DNA of 64,000 bases, from contig DAORRV010000001.1 in assembly GCA_035443185.1 (NCBI GenBank), positions 42,191-106,190 of the forward strand. Direction: 5' to 3'. Below are positions 17,457 through 25,818 of the stretch, piece after piece (the first letter of the stretch is position 1; every line of letters begins with the position of its first letter). The notes under the pieces are model-generated. The model saw only the letters and a list, made by a program, of their open reading frames with translations. It was not told the origin of the DNA and ran no database searches. A program made the translations under genes and the position numbers. Origin of the DNA: Ignavibacteria bacterium (GTDB lineage Bacteria; Bacteroidota; Ignavibacteria; Tepidaquicellales; Tepidaquicellaceae).

Positions 17457-17729
17457 TTATTTTACGTGATCTGCAAGAGTCTTTCCTGCTTTGAATTTTG
17501 CAACTTTTTTTGCAGCAATTTTAATCTCTTTTCCAGTCTGGGGGTTTCTTCCTAATCTTGCTTTTCTTTTTGAAATTGAGAAAGTTCCGAATCCTACAAG
17601 TGAAAGCTTACCACCTTTTTTTAACGTCTTTTTTACACCGTCAATTATTGATTCTAAAGCTGCTCTTGCCTGAACTTTTGTGATCTCTGCATCTCCTGCC
17701 ATTTTGGTAACCAGTTCTTCTTTTGTCAT
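17457..17729 (-). CDS. hup: HU family DNA-binding protein
   Basis: 90 aa. 'LVGFGTFSISKRKARLGRNPQTGKEIKIAAKKVAKFKAGK' is the classical HU/IHF beta-arm signature. Confidence 0.9.
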   Translation of the reverse strand: MTKEELVTKMAGDAEITKVQARAALESIIDGVKKTLKKGGKLSLVGFGTFSISKRKARLGRNPQTGKEIKIAAKKVAKFKAGKTLADHVK

Positions 17730-18129
17730 GTTATTTATTGTTTGATTTTGAAAAAATAATTATAACAAAAATAACATTGATTTATTTAAAAATCAATCTT
17801 TAATTAATAATACCATTTTTTCAGGGTTTAACGCATTACTAAAAACAAATTTACATTATTTCTTATTAAAATTATTATTCGAACTCTAACTATACATTTT
17901 TACATTTATCTGATTTCAATTCCAATATTGTTCCTTCAAAGTCTATTTCAATTGCACTATTTAAATGGTTTTTGATATTTCTGTCATAATCTCCGTTGAT
18001 TGGAAGAAGTTTATCAAAGACATTTTTGCAGTAGAATGCTTTATTGTCTATTCCGGGTGTGATAAAGTTTTAGAGTAAAAAAGGTGAAATTTTTTGAAGA
18101 AAAATTGAAATGAAGTAGTTTTATAAATG

Positions 18130-18216
18130 CGGAGAAGGAGGGATTCGAACCCTCGATAGAGTTACCCCTACAACAGTTTTCGAGACTGCCGCATTCAACC
18201 GCTCTGCCACCTCTCC
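18130..18216 (-). tRNA. tRNA-Ser (anticodon CGA)
   Basis: The reverse complement folds by hand into a type II cloverleaf: acceptor GGAGAGG/CTTCTCC, anticodon stem GCAGT/ACTGT with loop CTCGAAA, long variable arm, T-arm GAGGG-TTCGAAT-CCCTC. No encoded CCA. Confidence 0.85.
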
Positions 18217-18218
18217 AA

Positions 18219-18270
18219 TATTAAATTCTAAATTTTAAATATTAAATTCTAAATTTTAAATATTAAATTA
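18219..18270. repeat. 21-bp AT-rich tandem repeat (about 2.5 copies of tattaaattctaaattttaaa)
   Basis: Exact copies at 18219-18239 and 18240-18260, partial third copy at 18261-18270. It lies immediately 5' of tRNA-Ser(CGA) on the minus strand. Confidence 0.7.
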
Positions 18271-18430
18271 TTATAAATTAGAAAATACTTTATTCCTGAT
18301 GTTAAGTTTTTGTTTGATTTCCTTTGAAAATATTAAATTGTTTTGAACAAACAATATTGTGTGAGGGATATTGAAAAATCATTTTTTATCCTTTAAAAAT
18401 TGCATTAAAGTAAAGTATTAAATTTAACAG

Positions 18431-18517
18431 CAGAGAGTGCGGGATTCGAACCCGCGAAGACCTTGCGACCTTACACACTTTCCAGGCGTGCTCCTTCAAC
18501 CACTCGGACAACTCTCT
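18431..18517 (-). tRNA. tRNA-Ser (anticodon GGA)
   Basis: Hand fold: acceptor AGAGAGT/ACTCTCT (an A1:U72 first pair), anticodon stem CACGC/GTGTG with loop CTGGAAA, long variable arm, T-arm GCGGG-TTCGAAT-CCCGC. No encoded CCA. Confidence 0.85.
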
Positions 18518-18868
18518 ATAAATTTCAATTGCAAATATAAACCTTTGAAATCTCAAATTCTTTATAAAAATAATTATCTTTATAAATTAAACATAAATTC
18601 AAAAAATTTGCTGTATCAAAAGTTTTTATAATCATACGTTTCAATTACCGGAATTATATATAAATTTTGTTTTTTCCTGTCTATTTTTTTGATAAATGTA
18701 ATGATTCCAAAAACATTATTTTCTAAGGAAAACAATGAAAACACGTTATATTTGGACTAAATCAGTAAGTAGATTCCTTTTTACTGGTGATTTTTGGTGA
18801 AATAATTCTTTGGAAAATATACCAGACAGTATTAATTTTGTGAAGTTTATTAATTAAAATCATTTATC

Positions 18869-20800
18869 ATGAAAACAGTTATAATTTTATTAATGCTACA
18901 AATCTCGGTATTGACATTCGGTCAGTCTGAGAAGATCGGAGATGAACTTTATCTTTACTCCGATAAAAATTCATCACAGCCAAACTGTACCGCGGAAGAA
19001 ATTAAATTTGATCCTGCAATACATGAAAACATTTCAGGACCTTTAAATATGGGAGGACCTTCATATGACTGGCCATTAAAAGCAGCACTTAATGAAGGAT
19101 TAGTTATAGTAAATTATGTAGATGATCTTGCAGGTGGCAGTATAAAGGATTATAATGACAATGACTGGTCATATAACGGTCATAACGGAACTGACATTTG
19201 TCTGCATGATTTTCGTAACATGGACAGATTTTATGCTATTAAAGCTGCTGAATCAGGAGTGGTCATACAGACAGTAATGAATAATTTTGACAGAAATACC
19301 GGATGGAGTAATGTAGATCCTGCCAATAAAATACTTATAAAACATGACGACGGGAGCTATGCATATTATTATCATCTTATGAAAAAATCAGTAACTGTAA
19401 AACTCGGTGAGTATGTACAGAAAGGAAGAATAATTGGATATGTTGGAAGTTCCGGAGTTTCTACAGATGCACACCTACATTTCGAATCAGGATATTTTGT
19501 AAATGGAACTTGGAACAAAAGAGATCCCTGGCAGGGAGATTATAATCATCTGCCTTCACAATGGGCTGATCAGGAAGCATATGTAGGAAATACAGCTTTT
19601 AAATTACACGATATGGGTGTTTTTACTTCGAGTCTGATAGGAGGAGATATGGATAATATTCCTATCTCTTATTTTAAGGAAAGAATTTTTACTCCAAATA
19701 CAGTCAGCGGATATGAAGGCAGGATTGGTTTCTGGCTGCAGCTTCAGGGAAATAATACAGGAAAGCAGATAAGATATGAAATTAGAAGATCAGATGGTTC
19801 TTTATTTGATGATACTTATTTTTACCTTAATAGTCAGGCACAATTTGCATGGTCCTGGTGGACACCGACTTTTAATGTAGGAATAGGTACAACCGGTGAC
19901 TGGTATGTAAGAGTTCTATATGACAATGTAGAAAAGGGAAGATATTTTTTTGACGTGCAGCTTCTAACATCAAACCGTCCGAGAATGTATCCTGTTGCCG
20001 CTAAATGTTTCAGGAGATCTATATTCGTTCAGAGAGATACTCTCAGAGTAAGACCTGTAAGAGCAAACATGCAGTACCAGCTGGTGAATGCACCTCCAAA
20101 TGTTTCGCTGACCAATGATTCAATCTTAACCATATCAACATTTGACCAGCCATTCAGATCATATGATTTTAAAGTTATTGGAAGTATGGGCGGAAGTGCA
20201 AGTCTACGTGATACTATGCTTTATAAACTTATAGATACAACAAAGAATCATTCATCAGGAAACGGGATTGTTTCACTTGAATTGAAATCATATTTAGAAG
20301 GGAGATATAACGGTTCTAGTATGGAAGAAGATACTATAACGGTTTTGTTAAGATCTCCATTGTCTCCATATGCACTTGTTGATTATGATAAAGTATTAAC
20401 TCTTTCAAACGGAACATGCATTGCAAACTTCCCAAATGCATCAAGCGGTATTTATTATTACATATTGATCCGCCACAGGAATTCCATCGAGACATGGGCT
20501 AAGACAGTACAGCAATTCCAGCTTGGTTATCCTTTAAGTTATAATTTTACAACTTCAAAAACAAAAGCTTACGGAGATAATCTCAAATTAAAAGGAGGTG
20601 AATATTGTATTTATTCAGGAGACGTTAATCAGGACGGAGCAGTGGATGTAACTGACGTTAGCATGGTAGATAATGATATTTCAATATTTGTTCAGGGATA
20701 TGAAGTAACTGATCTTGATGGAGATAATTTTGTTGATGCTTCTGACCAGGCAATTGCTGATAATAATTCATTTAACTTTGTAGTAAAGATCAGACCTTAG
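18869..20800 (+). CDS. Secreted M23 family metallopeptidase with a C-terminal beta-sandwich-like module plus dockerin-like Ca-loop domain
   Basis: Signal peptide. 'HNGTDI' (HxxxD) and 'GSSGVSTDAHLHFE' (HxH) M23 motifs. The C-terminus 'GDVNQDGAVDVTDVSMVDND...DLDGDNFVDASDQAIADNN' contains two EF-hand-like dockerin loops. Confidence 0.8.
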   Translation: MKTVIILLMLQISVLTFGQSEKIGDELYLYSDKNSSQPNCTAEEIKFDPAIHENISGPLNMGGPSYDWPLKAALNEGLVIVNYVDDLAGGSIKDYNDNDWSYNGHNGTDICLHDFRNMDRFYAIKAAESGVVIQTVMNNFDRNTGWSNVDPANKILIKHDDGSYAYYYHLMKKSVTVKLGEYVQKGRIIGYVGSSGVSTDAHLHFESGYFVNGTWNKRDPWQGDYNHLPSQWADQEAYVGNTAFKLHDMGVFTSSLIGGDMDNIPISYFKERIFTPNTVSGYEGRIGFWLQLQGNNTGKQIRYEIRRSDGSLFDDTYFYLNSQAQFAWSWWTPTFNVGIGTTGDWYVRVLYDNVEKGRYFFDVQLLTSNRPRMYPVAAKCFRRSIFVQRDTLRVRPVRANMQYQLVNAPPNVSLTNDSILTISTFDQPFRSYDFKVIGSMGGSASLRDTMLYKLIDTTKNHSSGNGIVSLELKSYLEGRYNGSSMEEDTITVLLRSPLSPYALVDYDKVLTLSNGTCIANFPNASSGIYYYILIRHRNSIETWAKTVQQFQLGYPLSYNFTTSKTKAYGDNLKLKGGEYCIYSGDVNQDGAVDVTDVSMVDNDISIFVQGYEVTDLDGDNFVDASDQAIADNNSFNFVVKIRP

Positions 20801-20873
20801 AATTTTTTTGGACGTGAAACAAAAGTATGTTTCATGATAAACAGCTGATAATTCCCCAAAAGAATCAGCGAAC

Positions 20874-20909
20874 AGAGCAGGGTGAAATTTATCCTGCTCT
20901 TTCTTTTTT
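20874..20909 (+). terminator. Rho-independent terminator of the M23 gene
   Basis: AGAGCAGG (20874-20881) / CCTGCTCT (20893-20900) stem followed by 'ttctttttt'. Confidence 0.7.
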
Positions 20910-20918
20910 CAGAGAGTA

Positions 20919-20938
20919 GAAACGGTTAAAACCGTTTA
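20919..20938. repeat. Palindromic element copy 4 (GAAACGGTTAAAACCGTTTA)
   Basis: Same family as 5271/5461/5647, with the central TT/AA swapped. Confidence 0.8.
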
Positions 20939-21041
20939 TCCACTGACATCATCTACAACATTATTGCCTGTCTCATGTTTAGAGTCTTCTTAACAAAATA
21001 TACATTTACATATAATAACAACATTCTCCGACTTCACCCCA

Positions 21042-21061
21042 GAAACGGTTAAAACCGTTTC
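21042..21061. repeat. Palindromic element copy 5 (GAAACGGTTAAAACCGTTTC)
   Basis: Same family. It abuts the stop codon of the minus-strand S9 peptidase gene. Confidence 0.8.
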
Positions 21062-23017
21062 TCAAAACTCAACTCCCTCAAGCAAATACTTCTTTACAAA
21101 CATCACAGTAACATACCTCTGAAAATCCGCATTTACTTTCTTTGCAAAGCCATGTCCTTCATCTTTTGCTTCGAGATACCAGACAGTTCCATTTAGATCT
21201 TTTATAGTTTTCATCATTTGCTCAGCTTCTGTCCTTGGTACTCTGGGATCATTTCCGCCCTGAACAATAAGCAGCGGCTTCGTGATCTTTTCAGCATTAT
21301 TCAGTGGTGAAATCTTTTCAAGAAATTCATACATCGCCGGATCTCTCTCATCTCCATATTCCACTCTTCGAAGATCTGTCCTGTAACTTTCAGTGTTTTT
21401 AAGAAACGTATTAAAATTTGAAATTCCAACAACATCAACTGCACCTCTTATTTTATCAGCATAGTCAACGGAAATTGCCAGAGACATATATCCTCCATAA
21501 CTTCCGCCCATGACCATAACCCTGTCAGCATCAAGCCCAGGTATCAATTCAATTTTATCAAACAGCGCACCAATATCTTTTACAGAATTTTTTCTATCAA
21601 AACCGTTATCAAGTTTGAGAAATGTTTTTCCAAATCCCGCAGATCCTCTTACATTTGGTAAAATTATTGCAATGCCGAGTTCATTAAGATAATAATTATA
21701 AGAACCGAGATAGCTTGGTCTGGACTGACTTGCAGGACCTCCGTGTATATCAATTATCACGGGTCTCTTACCTGAAAATTTAGGATGAGGTTTATAATAA
21801 AATCCACTGATCTCAAGACCGTCAAAGCTATTCCATTTTATAAGTTCAGGAATGCTGAGCTCTTCAGGGATAATTCCGCCCATATCGCTTTCAGTCCATG
21901 CGGTAAGGGCATCTGATTTTAAATTATATACATAGATATCACGTGAAGATCTTGCCGAACTTATCGTCAGAGCCAGATCCTCAGAATTATTATGAAACAA
22001 TAAACTTCCGTAAACTCCGACCGGTAAATTATTTATCTGAGAAGAAATTCCTGTGACCGTATTATAAACGTAAAGTTTAGATTCACCATATTCATTTACA
22101 ATATAAGCAAGCGACTGTCCATCATCAGAAAGATTAAAACTTTCAACATCGCCTGTCTGATTATCTGAAATGAATTTTGCTGATTTGTTTTTAAGATCCA
22201 TGAATGCAAGTGTTTTGAACTCATGATCTTTGTCGGTAATAAAATAAAGACCATTACCATCCTTACTAAACATCGCCTGCGAGTAATAAATATCTTCTTC
22301 ACTTTTTCCTGTAAGTTCGGACAGCTTTCCGGTAGTAAGATCAGCAAGCCAGTAATAAGAGATTGAGTTTGAAATATACTCCATTAGAAGCAGCGACTTT
22401 CCGTCTTCTGAGCAATCGAGTATTCCCCAGCCGCCTCCTTTTAATTCAAGGAAAAGTGAATCTGAGTCAGGGTTCTTTGGATCCATAATATAAATATCGC
22501 GGTCAGCTCCGTTTCTGCGTGTAGAGGTATAGGCAACATGATTTCCGCTGCCGAGCCATTCAATACCGCTATTCTGTTCACGTCCGCCTTTTGTTATCAT
22601 AGTTGTATTACCATCTTTAAGATCATATCTGTAGATCTGTCTGAATTCATCTCCACCGGTGTCCTTGTAATAAAGAAAAAAATCTCCATTAACAGGATCA
22701 AATGAAGCTGAACGGACAGGTTCGTCAAAAAAAGTAAGTTGCATTCCAGTATCCAGAGGAGATGAAAGATATTTAAGCTGTGATGTATTACCGATTCGAG
22801 TTGACATGATCATTTCCTTGTTGACAGGATGCCAGTCTGAAAGTACAGCACTTTTTGATTCTGTATATTTTTCAAGTTCAACTGATAAAGAAACAGGAAT
22901 GTCAGGAAGTCCGTCGGTAATTAAATTTTCTCCAGGTAATATATAAATTTCATTTTGTGAATAACAAACACTAACGTATAGAAATATGGAAAGTATTATT
23001 AAGTAAGATCTTAGCAT
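21062..23017 (-). CDS. S9 family serine peptidase (prolyl oligopeptidase/dipeptidyl-peptidase-like) with N-terminal beta-propeller
   Basis: Nucleophile elbow 'GGSYGGYM', 'GGNDPRVP' and 'DEGHGF' at the C-terminus. Signal peptide present. Confidence 0.85.
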   Translation of the reverse strand: MLRSYLIILSIFLYVSVCYSQNEIYILPGENLITDGLPDIPVSLSVELEKYTESKSAVLSDWHPVNKEMIMSTRIGNTSQLKYLSSPLDTGMQLTFFDEPVRSASFDPVNGDFFLYYKDTGGDEFRQIYRYDLKDGNTTMITKGGREQNSGIEWLGSGNHVAYTSTRRNGADRDIYIMDPKNPDSDSLFLELKGGGWGILDCSEDGKSLLLMEYISNSISYYWLADLTTGKLSELTGKSEEDIYYSQAMFSKDGNGLYFITDKDHEFKTLAFMDLKNKSAKFISDNQTGDVESFNLSDDGQSLAYIVNEYGESKLYVYNTVTGISSQINNLPVGVYGSLLFHNNSEDLALTISSARSSRDIYVYNLKSDALTAWTESDMGGIIPEELSIPELIKWNSFDGLEISGFYYKPHPKFSGKRPVIIDIHGGPASQSRPSYLGSYNYYLNELGIAIILPNVRGSAGFGKTFLKLDNGFDRKNSVKDIGALFDKIELIPGLDADRVMVMGGSYGGYMSLAISVDYADKIRGAVDVVGISNFNTFLKNTESYRTDLRRVEYGDERDPAMYEFLEKISPLNNAEKITKPLLIVQGGNDPRVPRTEAEQMMKTIKDLNGTVWYLEAKDEGHGFAKKVNADFQRYVTVMFVKKYLLEGVEF

Positions 23018-23080
23018 AATTATTTATATAAATTAATTTAAATAAAGTAAAAAGATTTGAAAACAATTACATTAAACAAA

Positions 23081-24535
23081 TTACTCTTTTTTACTGGTGT
23101 CGTTAACGAGCATAAATTTTTTATGATAATAGTATGCCTGATATTTGTTATGTTTAGCATTTGGATCTGCTCCAACGTCATAAAAAAACATAAGGCCGGG
23201 TATGGGATTAGACAGAGGTTTTAAAATACAGGTATCGGAATTTTCTTTTCTGATATAATCATACCGATCTGATAGTTCATGATCAAAATTAATCAGACTG
23301 CCATTACTCAATTCTTTATAAGCAAGCAGGACATTGTTTTTTCTGCCATAGGAAATTACAATTAATAAACTGATAATTATAACAGCAAGAGCAGGTAATT
23401 TAAAATTCTTTACAGATCTATATTTTATAAAATAATTACAGAATACAAGTAAATTATAAAACCATCCGATCAAAAAGAAAAAGTAAAATACATTTCGGGT
23501 TCTGTCAAGCATACCTTTATTTATAGTCCAGTAAGTTACAAAATTAATCGAAAGCAAAATAACAAAAACTGAAAATACTGAAATGACAGGATTGCAATCA
23601 AAATATCTTTTTGTATCTGAGTGATTTTCAGAAATTTTTAAAATAAATGGAAGAACAAGTATAGAAAACAGAATAAGCGGTGTGTCTGTTACTCTGTATA
23701 GAATTAATTCTGCCGTGTCAGAAAGCGACAAGCTTAGTGATGAAAACAGCATGTGACTCTGTGGATTTTTACTTTCCCTCACTCCGTTCCCTGGTGCAGT
23801 ATATACCAGATAAAATCCAATTATAGAAATTACAATAAAAAACAGAAGTGAATAATTAATTTTTTTGAATTTAAAGAGATGATAAATAAAAAGGAATCCG
23901 AGAAATTCCATTGTCAGGAGCATTGAAATTTCATTCGATCCCTGAATTGCAATTATAACAAATGAAATTATGATCAAATAAACTGACCTGATTAATTTTG
24001 AATTCTGTCCGCTGTATTTTATTAAAAGTATGATCAGTAAGATGAACAGAATATTTGCAAGTTGATAAATGACCGCTGATGACAGCCAGTAAAATCCTAA
24101 TGCAGGATTTGCCATTTTATAAAAATAGAGCGAGCATATAGATAGTGCTGCAATTGAGTATTGAGTTAAGTTAAGAGTATTCCCTGTAACATATTTTATA
24201 AAGTAAAAGACTGAAATAATAAAAAGAATGATAACGGAAAAGGATGCAAGTTTATAACCGATGATCGAATGAAACATCAATGGATTGACACTGCTCATGA
24301 CAGCAGTTGAGAAAAATCTTCCCGACCAACCTATATACCAGTTATATTGAGATCTCAAAAACCCAAACTTCAGAGCATTAACAGTAAAATCAAAATCATC
24401 CCAGGTTGGATTTGTGAAAAATGAAATAATTAAAAAAGGAATGATCGTCAACAGTAAAAATAAGATTGACGTGGTTTTGAATAATTTATTCTGATATAAT
24501 TGAAATGATCGAACACCTTTAGATCTCAAATTCAC
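23081..24535 (-). CDS. Polytopic integral membrane protein (possibly a GT-C-like glycosyltransferase; family not established)
   Basis: Many hydrophobic helices. N-terminal 'TWDDFDF...WSGRFFS' is reminiscent of GT-C/DUF6056-type proteins. Weak assignment. Confidence 0.55.
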   Translation of the reverse strand: MNLRSKGVRSFQLYQNKLFKTTSILFLLLTIIPFLIISFFTNPTWDDFDFTVNALKFGFLRSQYNWYIGWSGRFFSTAVMSSVNPLMFHSIIGYKLASFSVIILFIISVFYFIKYVTGNTLNLTQYSIAALSICSLYFYKMANPALGFYWLSSAVIYQLANILFILLIILLIKYSGQNSKLIRSVYLIIISFVIIAIQGSNEISMLLTMEFLGFLFIYHLFKFKKINYSLLFFIVISIIGFYLVYTAPGNGVRESKNPQSHMLFSSLSLSLSDTAELILYRVTDTPLILFSILVLPFILKISENHSDTKRYFDCNPVISVFSVFVILLSINFVTYWTINKGMLDRTRNVFYFFFLIGWFYNLLVFCNYFIKYRSVKNFKLPALAVIIISLLIVISYGRKNNVLLAYKELSNGSLINFDHELSDRYDYIRKENSDTCILKPLSNPIPGLMFFYDVGADPNAKHNKYQAYYYHKKFMLVNDTSKKE

Positions 24536-24708
24536 TTTTTTGATTTTTTCAGATATTCAAATTATAAAAAATTCAGTCTTTAAAAAAGGTTAAGAAGGAG
24601 ATTGAATAGATGCTGATTCATTACTTGACAAAGAAAATGAAATTTATTAATTTGCATAAGCACTTATATAAACATATACATAATAGAATTTTTAAATATA
24701 AAGCCCTC

Positions 24709-25686
24709 ATGAATACAATAAAACAGCTTGGATACATAGCAATCGGAACAAGACTAAGAATGCTTACGGATAAGTTCATTTCCGATGCTGACAAAATTTA
24801 TAAAGATACCGGACTTGATTTTGAACCAAGGTGGTTCACTGTATTTTATCTGATAAATTTAAAAAAATCTATTACAGTAACAGAAATTGCTGATCAGCTT
24901 GGATACACTCAGCCGGCTGTAACTCAGATCGCAAATTCTCTCGTCAAGAAAAAACTGATAAGCGCAGTAAAGGAAAAAAAGGACAGCAGAAAAAAGATTC
25001 TGACAATTACTGCAAAAGGTGAAGATCTGCTGCTTGAGCTAATTCCTGTATGGCAGGACATTGAGAATTCAGTTAAGGAATTATTCAGTGACACAGGTTA
25101 TGATGTTTTATTTGTCATAAGTAAATTAGAGTCTGAACTTGAGAAGAATGATATTTATTCAAGAGTAATGGAAAAGTCTAAAAAGAGACAGCTTGAAGAA
25201 ATAAAGATCCTGGAATATGATAACTCAAAAAAAAATGAGCATAAAAAATATTTCAAAGAACTTAATTATGAATGGCTCAACAAATATTTTAAAGTGGAAA
25301 AGGAAGATGAGAAACAGCTTGAGAATCCTGAAAAAGAAATAATTAATAAAGGCGGATACATTTTCTTTGCTGAGTATAAAGATGAAATAGCCGGTACTGC
25401 TGCAGTTCTTAAAAGAGAAGATAAAACTTATGAGCTTGCAAAAATGGCAGTGAAAAATGAGTATCAGGGAAAACAGATCGGAAAGAAACTTGGTAATGCA
25501 GTAATTGAAAAGGTAAAGCAGCTAAAGTGTGATAATCTCTATTTGGATACAAGTTCTCTGCTGACACCTGCAATTAATTTATATAAAAATCTCGGATTCG
25601 AAGAAGTGGAAATGAAAGATCCTTCAAAATACGAAAGAGATACTTTTCGCATGAGCTATAATTTTAAAAAAATTAATCAAAAATAA
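24709..25686 (+). CDS. MarR-type HTH regulator fused to a GNAT N-acetyltransferase
   Basis: N-terminal winged-helix region ('ITVTEIADQLGYTQPAVTQIANSLVKKKLI'). C-terminal GNAT motif A ('VKNEYQGKQIGKKLGNAV'). The ATG at 24709 is preferred over the track start at 24610, whose extension looks non-coding. Confidence 0.7.
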   Translation: MNTIKQLGYIAIGTRLRMLTDKFISDADKIYKDTGLDFEPRWFTVFYLINLKKSITVTEIADQLGYTQPAVTQIANSLVKKKLISAVKEKKDSRKKILTITAKGEDLLLELIPVWQDIENSVKELFSDTGYDVLFVISKLESELEKNDIYSRVMEKSKKRQLEEIKILEYDNSKKNEHKKYFKELNYEWLNKYFKVEKEDEKQLENPEKEIINKGGYIFFAEYKDEIAGTAAVLKREDKTYELAKMAVKNEYQGKQIGKKLGNAVIEKVKQLKCDNLYLDTSSLLTPAINLYKNLGFEEVEMKDPSKYERDTFRMSYNFKKINQK

Positions 25687-25818
25687 TGGATACCATAAAT
25701 GAAAGAAAATATAATTTTTTAATGCTGTTGCTTAAAGCGGCTTTCGTTGCAGCAATGGTATTTTCATTAAATAAAAGTAATATTTAACTTTTAAGATTTT
25801 TAAACAAAACAATTTATC

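Noticed and set aside
17890-18069. 60-codon open frame on the minus strand ('...ITPGIDNKAFYCKNVFDKLLPINGDYDRNIKNHLNSAIEIDFEGTILELKSDKCKNV*')
   Set aside because: There is no ATG, GTG or TTG start near its 5' end and it is below the size threshold. At best it is a gene remnant, so it is not called as a feature.
18437-18631. 64-aa plus-strand ORF in the track
   Set aside because: It is antisense to and overlaps tRNA-Ser(GGA). The remainder is AT-rich low-complexity sequence.
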